IMG/VR virus record: IMGVR_UViG_3300029818_000084
Location: 1 to 30,362 of that record
DNA length: 30,362 nucleotides
Source of the DNA: a virus
Taxonomy: Duplodnaviria > Caudoviricetes
Direction: 5' to 3' (one strand)
Shown: positions 7,687-15,281 of the stretch, in pieces
Numbering within the stretch: the first letter of the stretch is position 1
Layout of the letters: each line of letters begins with the position of its first letter
Notes under the pieces: generated by a model
Told to the model about the DNA's origin: nothing
Databases searched by the model: none
Seen by the model: the letters and a program-made list of their open reading frames with translations, nothing else
Made by a program: the position numbers and the translations under genes

Positions 7687-8031
7687 ATGGATATGGAGTT
7701 GATCAAGTTCGTCTTTCAGGTCGGTCAGTTTATTTTGACCTGCGCTGTCGGGTTTTACGTCTACATGAGCAACAAAGACAAGGTCACCAACGACCGTATC
7801 AGCAAGCTCGAGGAAGATATCGACCAGAAATTCGACGGCCATGTCGAGCGTATTGCCAAGCTAGAAGCCCGTGCCGAGAAAGCACCAACCCATAAGGACA
7901 TGGCCGAGATCCACGAAAAGATCAACCAGGTATCTGCCTGCGTCAATCGTCTGGAAGGCGAGTTCTCCGGCGCAACCCGCACCCTGCAATTAATACACGA
8001 AACCCTGATGGAACAAGCGAGACGACAATGA
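7687..8031 (+). CDS. Mu gp25-like single-TM protein (DUF2730; releasin-like)
   Basis: N-terminal TM, coiled coil, LEARAEKAPTHKDM motif; position after spanins. Confidence 0.75.
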   Translation: MDMELIKFVFQVGQFILTCAVGFYVYMSNKDKVTNDRISKLEEDIDQKFDGHVERIAKLEARAEKAPTHKDMAEIHEKINQVSACVNRLEGEFSGATRTLQLIHETLMEQARRQ

Positions 8032-8327
8032 GCTACCTGGACAAGATGCGCGAGGCATGGCGGTTTGAGTTACTAAAACTGCTGGCTAGCATGCCCGGCT
8101 ATGAGTCCGGGCAATATTTTCTTTACACCTGCATGGCAGACGGCGAGCTGCCGCCGCCATCGAGCGACCAGGTGGCCACCGAACTTCAATGGCTGGCCGA
8201 CCAGGGCTTGATCACACTGTCGGCATCGACACAGTTATCCACGGCTGTCATCAACCAGCGCGGCCTCGATGTGGCGCAAGGGCTTGCCCGCGTGCCGGGC
8301 GTGGCCCGCCCAAGGCCGGCAAACTGA
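8028..8327 (+). CDS. Mu gp26-like winged-helix protein
   Basis: SSDQVATELQWLADQGLI...RGLDVAQG.A.VPGVARPRP. Confidence 0.8.
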   Translation: MSYLDKMREAWRFELLKLLASMPGYESGQYFLYTCMADGELPPPSSDQVATELQWLADQGLITLSASTQLSTAVINQRGLDVAQGLARVPGVARPRPAN

Positions 8328-8328
8328 C

Positions 8329-8847
8329 ATGGCCAAGAAATCGAGCATTGTCGAACTGGACCCGCGCATCCGCGAGGCGGTAGATACCGCGATCCGCGAA
8401 GGCCGCGCCACCATCGATGAGATCGTGGCGCTGGTGACCGGCCTCGGCGGCGAGGTTTCGCGCAGTGCCGTTGGCCGCTACAAGCAGCGGGCCGAGCTGC
8501 AGATGCAGAAATACCGCGAGGCGCAAGAGGTGGCCAAGGTGTGGATCGGCAAACTGCAGCAAGATCCTGAAGGCGACATCGGCCGCCTGCTGGCCGAGAT
8601 GCTGCGCACCGTGGCATTTCAATCAATCGGTGAGATGGACGCCGCCACGCCGATGGACATGATGTTCCTGGCACGCGCACTGAAGGAGCTGGCCAGCGCA
8701 GACAAACTCACGGCTGAGCGCATCCTGAAGGTGCGGCAGGAATCGATCAGGGAGGCGGCAGACAAGGCTGCCAGCGTGGCCAAGGCCAAGGGGCTGTCTG
8801 CAGACACCGTGGCCGAGCTGCGCAAAGAGATTCTGGGGGTTGCGTGA
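8329..8847 (+). CDS. Mu gp27-like terminase small subunit (DUF3486)
   Basis: MAKKSSIVEL...VSRSAVGRY...GLSADTVAELRKEILGV; ATG 8329. Confidence 0.88.
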   Translation: MAKKSSIVELDPRIREAVDTAIREGRATIDEIVALVTGLGGEVSRSAVGRYKQRAELQMQKYREAQEVAKVWIGKLQQDPEGDIGRLLAEMLRTVAFQSIGEMDAATPMDMMFLARALKELASADKLTAERILKVRQESIREAADKAASVAKAKGLSADTVAELRKEILGVA

Positions 8848-9011
8848 AGATCAACACCAAAAGCAAATGGGCAAACGTGTCTGGGCTGCGCAGGAGAGTA
8901 GAAGGATTTTGGGTCTATCTGCTTGCTGCAGTTGGCACGCTCATTGATCCGATATGGATGGATGAGATTATGTATAAGGTGCTGCGTGGACAATTCGAAG
9001 AAGATGAATAA
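8844..9011 (+). CDS. small hypothetical protein (55 aa) between TerS and TerL
   Basis: GTGA overlap with TerS stop; TAA 9009-11 overlaps TerL start; MKINTKSKW...FWVYLLAAVGTLIDPIW...EEDE; absent from ORF track. Confidence 0.6.
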   Translation: MKINTKSKWANVSGLRRRVEGFWVYLLAAVGTLIDPIWMDEIMYKVLRGQFEEDE

Positions 9012-10557
9012 TCCGATTTCTGCCCTCACCAGCCAGCCGGACGACGCGCTCCCGCACGCCCTGCTGCCCTACCAGCAGCGCTGGGTTGCAGACCCTTCAC
9101 CCTTCAAGATCATGGAAAAGGGGCGGCGTACCGGTATCACCTGGGCTGAAGCCTCCGACGATGTACTGATTGCGGCCTCCGAGAAATCGGCCGGTGGGCA
9201 GAACGTGTATTACATTGGCACCGATCAGGAGATGACGGAGGAATATATCCAGGCATGCGCGATGTGGGCCAAGGTGTTCAACCGCGCTGCCGGTGAGATC
9301 GAAGAAGGCTTGTGGGAGGAAGAAAAGGAAGACCGCCACATCAAGACGTTCTCGATTCGCTTCCCCGGTTCCGGTCACAAGATCATCGCGCTGGCCAGCC
9401 GACCACGCAAGCTGCGCGGACGTCAGGGCGTGCTGGTCGGCGACGAGGCCGCGTTCCAGGATGACCTGGGCGAACTGATCAAGGCGGCGATGGCCTTCCT
9501 GATCTGGGGCGGCAAGGTGCGCCTGATCTCGACGCACGACGGTGAAGACAATTCGTTCAACGAGCTGGTCACCGACGTGCGTGCCGGCAAGCGCAAAGGC
9601 ACGGTACACCGCGTCACATTCGACCAGGCGGTGGAGGAAGGCTTGTACAAGCGCGTGTGTATGCGCAAGGGCATCCCCTGGCGTGCAGATGAAGAGGCCG
9701 CCTGGGTGGCCGACGTCTACGCCTATTACGGCACCGATGCCGATGAAGAGCTGGACGTGATTCCCAGCTCCGGTAGCGGCATCTACCTGCCGTCTGCGTT
9801 GATCCAGTCGCGTATGAGTGAGGCCACGCCACTGGTGCGCGGCCATTGGGAGAGCGGTTTCGCGCTGCGGCCGGAGCAGTTCCGCAATATCGAGGTTGAA
9901 GACTGGTGCGCAGAGAACCTGCTGCCGCACCTGCGCGCGCTGGACCCAACACTGCCCACCGGCTTCGGCCTGGACTTCGGCCGCCTGCGCGATTTAACGG
10001 TGATGCCGATCACGCAGGAGCAGAAGAACCTGCGCATCAAGGTAAAACTGTGGATCGAGCTTTCCAACTGCCCGTTCCGCCAGCAGGAGCAGATCCTCGA
10101 GTACGTGGTGAAACGCCTGCAGCGTTTTCGCAAGGGTGCGATGGACGCCACCGGCAATGGCCTGGCACTGGCCGAGTTCGCCCAGCAGAAGTTCGGCACC
10201 CTGCGCATCGAGGCGGTGAAGCTGTCGGACAGCTTTTACATCGAGCACATGCCGCATTTTCAGGCAGCGTTTCAGGATGGCACGCTGGAAGATATTCCCA
10301 AGGATGACGAGATCCGCGACGACCTGCGCGCGATCAAGAAGATCCGTGGCGTGCCGAAGATCGGCAATGCCCGCACGGCGCGCGGCGACGACAAGAAACA
10401 GCAGCGCCACGGTGACGGTGCGATTGGCCTGTTCCTGGCTGATTACGCCATGCGGCAGGATATCTCACCCATCGAATACACGCCTGCGCCGCACAAGGCG
10501 TCACGCTGGGATGGTTCTGATTCGGATTTTGACATGCAGCCGCGCGGCGGCTGGTAA
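9004..10557 (+). CDS. terminase large subunit (Mu gp28-like)
   Basis: LLPYQQRW, EKGRRTGITWAEA Walker A, LVGDEAAF Walker B, ISTHDG, GLDFGR nuclease, HGDGA; true start ATG 9004. Confidence 0.95.
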   Translation: MNNPISALTSQPDDALPHALLPYQQRWVADPSPFKIMEKGRRTGITWAEASDDVLIAASEKSAGGQNVYYIGTDQEMTEEYIQACAMWAKVFNRAAGEIEEGLWEEEKEDRHIKTFSIRFPGSGHKIIALASRPRKLRGRQGVLVGDEAAFQDDLGELIKAAMAFLIWGGKVRLISTHDGEDNSFNELVTDVRAGKRKGTVHRVTFDQAVEEGLYKRVCMRKGIPWRADEEAAWVADVYAYYGTDADEELDVIPSSGSGIYLPSALIQSRMSEATPLVRGHWESGFALRPEQFRNIEVEDWCAENLLPHLRALDPTLPTGFGLDFGRLRDLTVMPITQEQKNLRIKVKLWIELSNCPFRQQEQILEYVVKRLQRFRKGAMDATGNGLALAEFAQQKFGTLRIEAVKLSDSFYIEHMPHFQAAFQDGTLEDIPKDDEIRDDLRAIKKIRGVPKIGNARTARGDDKKQQRHGDGAIGLFLADYAMRQDISPIEYTPAPHKASRWDGSDSDFDMQPRGGW

Positions 10558-10559
10558 GG

Positions 10560-12125
10560 ATGGTTATGGCTTCAATACTCGATCAATTCGGCAACCCGAT
10601 CAAGACCACGCAACTGGATCAATCGCAGACCGACCAGGTGGCGCGTGTCGGCGGCTTGCATAATCTCTTTGCCGATCACCCGAGCCGCGGCCTGACGCCG
10701 GCCAAACTGGCCCGCATACTGGCCCAGGCCGAGCAAGGCGATATCATCGCCCAGCACGATCTGTTCCTGGACATGGAAGACAAGGACGGCCATATCCTCA
10801 CCGAAATGAGCAAGCGCAAACGCGCATTGCTGACGCTGGACTGGAGCATTGAGCCGCCGCGCGAAGCGACAGCGCAAGAAGTGAAAATGGCCGAGTATGT
10901 GGATGGCGTGCTGCGAGATCTCGATAACTTCGAGGACGTCATCCTGGACATGCTCGATGCCATCGGCCACGGGTTCTCGTGTCTGGAGATCGCATGGCAG
11001 CGCATTGGGCGCGAGTGGCTGCCCGGCAGCTTCAGCCATCGCCCGCAGCAATGGTTTCAGCTGGACCGCGCCACCCGTTCGCAGATCCGCCTGCGCGATA
11101 ATTCGCTCGATGGCGATGCGCTGTGGCCGTTCGGCTGGGTCACGCATGTGCACAAGGCGAAATCCGGCTATATCTCCCGCGCCGGCCTGCACCGGGTGCT
11201 GGCATGGCCGTTTCTGTTCAAGAATTACAGCGTGCGCGATCTCGCCGAGTTTCTCGAAATCTACGGCCTGCCGCTACGCTTGGGCACGTACCCCAACGGT
11301 GCCAGCGATGACGAGAAACTGACCTTGCTGCGCGCCGTCACCAGTATCGGCCACGATGCCGCCGGCATCATCCCCGAAGGCATGATGATCGACTTCAAGG
11401 AAGCGGCCAAGGGGCAGGCCGACCCGTTCCAGTTCATGGTCGAATGGACCGAGCGCACGCAGAGCAAGGCGATTTTGGGCGGCACGCTCACCACGCAGGC
11501 AGACGGGAAAAGCAGCACCAACGCGCTGGGCAATGTGCATAACGAGGTGCGCCGCGATCTCCTGGTGGCAGATGCCAAGCAAGTGGCCAGCACGCTTACG
11601 CGGGATATCGTGTACCCGATCATCGCCCTTAACCTGGGCGGCATCGCAGACCGCCGACGCCTGCCAAGATTCCGCTTCGATACCACCGAGCCGGAAGACA
11701 TCGCCATGATCGCCGATGCGCTGCCGGACCTGGTGGATGCCGGCGTGCAGATCCCCGTGCACTGGGCCAACGAAAAGCTGCGCATCCCGGTACCGGAAAA
11801 AGGCGATGCCGTGCTGACGCGGCCAAAGGCCGAGCTGGCAACGCCACCCGACACTGCAGCAGCGACTGCAGCATTAAGTGCAACGGTCGAAGACCAGGAC
11901 GAGTTCGATATTCTGGCCGACGAGCTGGCGGGCGATTGGGAGCGTGTCACCGACCCGCTGATTGCGCCTATCGCTGCACTGGCCGCAGAAGCACAAAGCC
12001 TGGAAGAGTTTCAGTCGCGATTGCCGGAAGTGATCCAGGGCATGGATACGACCAGGCTGGCAGAAGCGCTGGCGCAAGGGCAATTCGCCGCGCGGATATG
12101 GGGCAAGGTGAATGGCGGCGATTAA
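10560..12125 (+). CDS. portal protein (Mu gp29, DUF935)
   Basis: HPSRGLTPAKLARIL..AEQGD, FLEIYGLPLRLG.Y, SKAILGGTLT...ALGNVHNEVR. Confidence 0.96.
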   Translation: MVMASILDQFGNPIKTTQLDQSQTDQVARVGGLHNLFADHPSRGLTPAKLARILAQAEQGDIIAQHDLFLDMEDKDGHILTEMSKRKRALLTLDWSIEPPREATAQEVKMAEYVDGVLRDLDNFEDVILDMLDAIGHGFSCLEIAWQRIGREWLPGSFSHRPQQWFQLDRATRSQIRLRDNSLDGDALWPFGWVTHVHKAKSGYISRAGLHRVLAWPFLFKNYSVRDLAEFLEIYGLPLRLGTYPNGASDDEKLTLLRAVTSIGHDAAGIIPEGMMIDFKEAAKGQADPFQFMVEWTERTQSKAILGGTLTTQADGKSSTNALGNVHNEVRRDLLVADAKQVASTLTRDIVYPIIALNLGGIADRRRLPRFRFDTTEPEDIAMIADALPDLVDAGVQIPVHWANEKLRIPVPEKGDAVLTRPKAELATPPDTAAATAALSATVEDQDEFDILADELAGDWERVTDPLIAPIAALAAEAQSLEEFQSRLPEVIQGMDTTRLAEALAQGQFAARIWGKVNGGD

Positions 12126-13326
12126 GCTTGAAGCCCTGCCGCCCAGGGAGGCGATTGAGTTCTTCAGGCAAAAGGGCTACCAGATCGGGTTCGATTGGCA
12201 GGACGTCTGGCAGCAGGAGCACCAGGCCGCGTTTACCGTGGCCAAGGCCATGCAGCTCGATATCCTGCGCGATATCCGTGCCGGGGTAGATGCTGCGCTG
12301 GCCGACGGCACCACGTTTGCCGACTTCCGCAAGAACCTCAAACCGCTCCTGGTGCAAAAGGGCTGGTGGGGCAAGGCAGATATGACAGACCCGCTCACGG
12401 GTGAAGTGAAAAACGTGCAGCTCGGCAGCACGCGCCGCCTCAAGACCATCTACGACACCAACCTGCGCACCGCCCACAGCGAGGGCCAGTGGGAGCGCAT
12501 CCAGGCCAGCAAGGACAGCCTGCCCTATCTGATGTACGACGGCAACAACAGCGAGCACCCGCGCCTGCAGCATGCTGCATGGGATGGCATGGTGCTACCG
12601 GTGGACGATCCATTCTGGCAGGCACACATGCCCGTCAAGGAGTGGGGCTGCAAATGCCGGGCAATCCAGATGTCAGCCGGCATGATGGAACGGCGCGGGT
12701 TAAAGGTGGCGGAGTCGCCAAAGGTGCCGAATGTCAGCTACACCAACCGCCGCACGGGCGAAGTGCAGCAGATCCCGCAGGGCGTACACCCTGCGTTTCA
12801 TTACCCGCCGGGCGGGCGGCGCGCCAACCTGACGAAGTTCATCACCGAAAAGCTCGATTCCGCCGATGTGCCGCTGGCAGCAGGCGTGCTCAAGGGCGTC
12901 GTGTCCGGCGAGGTGTTTGCGCGGTTCTTTTCCAAACCTGAAGGCGTGTTCCCCATCGGCGTGCTTGCCGAGGCAGATGCCGCGATGATCGGCGCCAGGA
13001 CGCACACCGTGCGCTTGTCTGCCGAGACCATGCAGAAACAGCTCAAGGTGCACCCTGAACTGGCGCTGGAAGAATACAGGTTTGTGCAGCAGGCCATCGA
13101 GCGCGGCTTGCGTATACAGGACGGCAGTTCGTTGATCTACCTGCTCGAGCTGGACGGTTACGTGACCGTGGTCAAAACGACAGGCAGTGGCAAGGCGGTA
13201 TTCATGTCGAGCTTTCGCCGGTTATCGAGCGACCAGGTAAAGCGGGATAGAGAGATCCAGCGATTGCTGAAGAAGGCAGCAGGCGGTGGGGCCTCCCAGT
13301 CCGCTCAAGGCGGAAACCCCACATAG
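12112..13326 (+). CDS. MuF (gp30) minor head protein with C-terminal PBECR2-like nuclease-fold extension
   Basis: MuF motifs AFTVAK, RRLKTIYDTNLRTA, R..HAAWDG..LPVDDPFW..H.P...WGCKC; extra ~120 aa with KQ...HPEL...EY...VVK.T......FMSSFRR. Confidence 0.85.
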   Translation: MAAIKLEALPPREAIEFFRQKGYQIGFDWQDVWQQEHQAAFTVAKAMQLDILRDIRAGVDAALADGTTFADFRKNLKPLLVQKGWWGKADMTDPLTGEVKNVQLGSTRRLKTIYDTNLRTAHSEGQWERIQASKDSLPYLMYDGNNSEHPRLQHAAWDGMVLPVDDPFWQAHMPVKEWGCKCRAIQMSAGMMERRGLKVAESPKVPNVSYTNRRTGEVQQIPQGVHPAFHYPPGGRRANLTKFITEKLDSADVPLAAGVLKGVVSGEVFARFFSKPEGVFPIGVLAEADAAMIGARTHTVRLSAETMQKQLKVHPELALEEYRFVQQAIERGLRIQDGSSLIYLLELDGYVTVVKTTGSGKAVFMSSFRRLSSDQVKRDREIQRLLKKAAGGGASQSAQGGNPT

Positions 13327-13384
13327 CACTCCGGCATTGCTGCCGTGTTACGGCCGGGAGAATATCACCGTGTCGCACCTGCTT
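13279..13384 (-). ncRNA. putative pseudoknotted sRNA convergent on the MuF-nuclease gene
   Basis: Closing stem GCAGG/CCUGC, four internal stems, GCAA tetraloop, 8-bp pseudoknot UCUCCCGG/CUGGGAGG; promoter directly upstream. Confidence 0.6.
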
Positions 13385-13390
13385 AAAAAC

Positions 13391-13418
13391 AGTATATCCC
13401 CAGGCATAAAATCCGCAA
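13391..13418 (-). promoter_or_regulatory. sigma70-like promoter for the minus-strand sRNA
   Basis: Minus strand TTGCGG (13418-13) - 16 nt - TATACT (13396-91); predicted start ~13384. Confidence 0.6.
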
Positions 13419-13419
13419 A

Positions 13420-13625
13420 GCACAAAAACGCGATTTGCCGCGTTATTTTTTTATTTGGCTACCGAGGTATTGATTCAGGCACATACCCCCCGTTAACTAC
13501 CCGTTAACTTTTGTTTTAGGGGGATGTTTGACATTGGGTTAGCGCGCGGATCGTGGCGGTTTTTAATTCCGGCTGTTTGACATCCACATCAAGCCGGCGC
13601 TATTCTGGATTTAACAGCCCCCTCA
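13420..13625. other. AT-rich central intergenic region, candidate strong gyrase site (SGS)
   Basis: Non-coding with A/T tracts and tandem CCCGTTAACT (13489-98, 13500-09); directly upstream of protease gene I, where Mu SGS lies. Confidence 0.4.
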
Positions 13626-13632
13626 AATAGAC

Positions 13633-13677
13633 CGGAAACCTTTCCGTCTTAACCCTCCCTCCGCTGCCCAGCACAAT
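13633..13677 (+). promoter_or_regulatory. putative activator-dependent late promoter (PI equivalent)
   Basis: CGGAAACCTTTCCGTCTTA then -10 CACAAT at 13672; matches 6567 motif and spacing. Confidence 0.65.
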
Positions 13678-13684
13678 GGGCAGC

Positions 13685-14803
13685 ATGAAACGTAAAACCT
13701 CTTCTTTCAGCTTTGGTGTTGCCGCACTTTCCGTTGCGCTTAATGCGGATGGCGAGCTGCAGCTGACACCTGCCGGCAAGTTTCGCGGCATCGATGGCCG
13801 CCCGGCGGATGTCGATGCCTGGGAAATCGACGCTGCTGCAGCACGCGATGTGATCGCATTCTGCTCAGCACGCAAGAACCCCTTCGTCATCGATTACGAG
13901 CACCAGACCCTGCTCAAGGAAAAGAACGGCCAGCCTGCACCGGCTGCCGGTTGGTTCTCCGGATCTGACCTGGTATGGCGCGAAGGCGAAGGGCTGTTCG
14001 CCAAAGTCAGCCTGACACCGCGCGCCAAGCAATACATCGCCGACGACGAATACAAGTTCGTATCCCCCGTCATCTACTACAACAAAACCACCGGCCGCGT
14101 GGCCGGGCTGCATTCTGCCGCGCTGACCAATGTGGCATGCATCGACGGCATGGAAGAGGCACTAGCCCGTGCCGCCGCCAGCTTTTTAACCGATTCCACC
14201 GAACAGGAGGCTTTAAACATGGATCTCGACGAGTTGCTCAACAACATCCGCTGGATGTTGAACCTACCCACACTGGCCACGCAGGAAGAAATCGCGGCCG
14301 AACTGCAGAAAGCGGTCGACAAGATCAAGGCGGCAAACACTGAAACGGCAGCGGCCGGCTTCAATCTGTTGAGCCTGATTGAATCCCGCAATGCAACCAT
14401 CGCGGCGCTGACTGCCCAGGCAGAAAACCCCGACCCCGCCAAATACGTGCCGATCAGCACCATGCAGGAAATGCAGACACAGCTTGCCGCACTCACCGCA
14501 ACAGTGCGCGGCAAGGAAGTCGGCGACCTGGTCGCCGCTGCGCTGTCCGATGGCCGCTTGCTGCCCGCCCAGGAAAAATGGGCGCGCGATCTTGGCACCA
14601 AGGATATCGCCGCGCTGACTGCCTACCTGGAAACCTCGCATCCGGTTGCAGCGCTTGGCAGCACACAGACCGGCGGCAAGTCTCCGGATGGCAACACCGC
14701 AGTTGCAGCGCTCACGGCTGAACAGCTGCAAGTCTGCACGGCAATGGGCGTGTCGCCGGAAGACTTCCAGGAAACCCTGAAGGCTCAGGCAGCTCAGGCA
14801 TAA
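13685..14803 (+). CDS. prohead protease I (Mu gp32) with C-terminal scaffold
   Basis: QLTPAGKF...DGRP, VIDYEHQTL, APAAGW, EYKFVSPV, AALTN motifs; start 13685 (or 13676). Confidence 0.95.
   Translation: MKRKTSSFSFGVAALSVALNADGELQLTPAGKFRGIDGRPADVDAWEIDAAAARDVIAFCSARKNPFVIDYEHQTLLKEKNGQPAPAAGWFSGSDLVWREGEGLFAKVSLTPRAKQYIADDEYKFVSPVIYYNKTTGRVAGLHSAALTNVACIDGMEEALARAAASFLTDSTEQEALNMDLDELLNNIRWMLNLPTLATQEEIAAELQKAVDKIKAANTETAAAGFNLLSLIESRNATIAALTAQAENPDPAKYVPISTMQEMQTQLAALTATVRGKEVGDLVAAALSDGRLLPAQEKWARDLGTKDIAALTAYLETSHPVAALGSTQTGGKSPDGNTAVAALTAEQLQVCTAMGVSPEDFQETLKAQAAQA
14219..14803 (+). CDS. scaffolding protein Z (internal in-frame start in gene I)
   Basis: Strong CAGGAGG RBS at ~14204 before in-frame ATG 14219; same I/Z arrangement as Mu. 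Confidence 0.75.
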   Translation: MDLDELLNNIRWMLNLPTLATQEEIAAELQKAVDKIKAANTETAAAGFNLLSLIESRNATIAALTAQAENPDPAKYVPISTMQEMQTQLAALTATVRGKEVGDLVAAALSDGRLLPAQEKWARDLGTKDIAALTAYLETSHPVAALGSTQTGGKSPDGNTAVAALTAEQLQVCTAMGVSPEDFQETLKAQAAQA

Positions 14804-14839
14804 GCCGCCCAACATCAACCCCGTATCAAGGAGAACGAA

Positions 14840-15244
14840 ATGGCTTTAACCAAGGATCGCAACACCCCGATGAAAGATGGCGAACTGATCGCCGTGCCTG
14901 TAGCAGCAAACGCCGTCATTCATGCCGGCGGGCTGGCCGTAGCCAATGGCTCCGGCTACGCCGCTCCCGGCTCGACCGCCACTACGCTGACTTACCTCGG
15001 CCGCTTTGAAGAATCTGTCGACAACACCGGCGGTGCAAATGGCGCAGTGACCGTCAATGTGCGTCGCGGCAAGGCGTTCAAGTTCAAGAACAGCGCAGGC
15101 GATGCAGTGACCCAGGCTGAGCTTGGCAAGACCTGCTACATCGTCGACGACGAAACCGTATCCAAGACCAATGCCGGCGGCAACACGCAATCGGCGGCGG
15201 GCAAGGTGCTCGGCGTCGAAGCAGACGGCGTCTGGGTGCTGTAA
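14840..15244 (+). CDS. capsid decoration/cement protein
   Basis: Small Gly/Ala/Val beta-rich protein between protease and capsid; AAGGAG RBS. Confidence 0.75.
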   Translation: MALTKDRNTPMKDGELIAVPVAANAVIHAGGLAVANGSGYAAPGSTATTLTYLGRFEESVDNTGGANGAVTVNVRRGKAFKFKNSAGDAVTQAELGKTCYIVDDETVSKTNAGGNTQSAAGKVLGVEADGVWVL

Positions 15245-15281
15245 GCCGGGCATCCGCTAATTAATCACAAGGAGCAATGAC

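Noticed and set aside
13286-13374. Short words in the minus-strand sRNA (GACACGGU, CUCC, GGCAGCA, GUGGGG, GGGAGGC) echo the conserved 16S rRNA ~325-360 region, suggesting an rRNA fragment or mimic
   Set aside because: Matches are only 4-8 nt, not fully colinear and pair differently. It is not an rRNA gene, and mimicry cannot be supported without covariation data.
13202-13507. ORFs 13202..13423 (-) and 13286..13507 (+) as MuF immunity proteins
   Set aside because: No RBS and no protein-like features. They overlap the MuF end, the structured RNA and its promoter.
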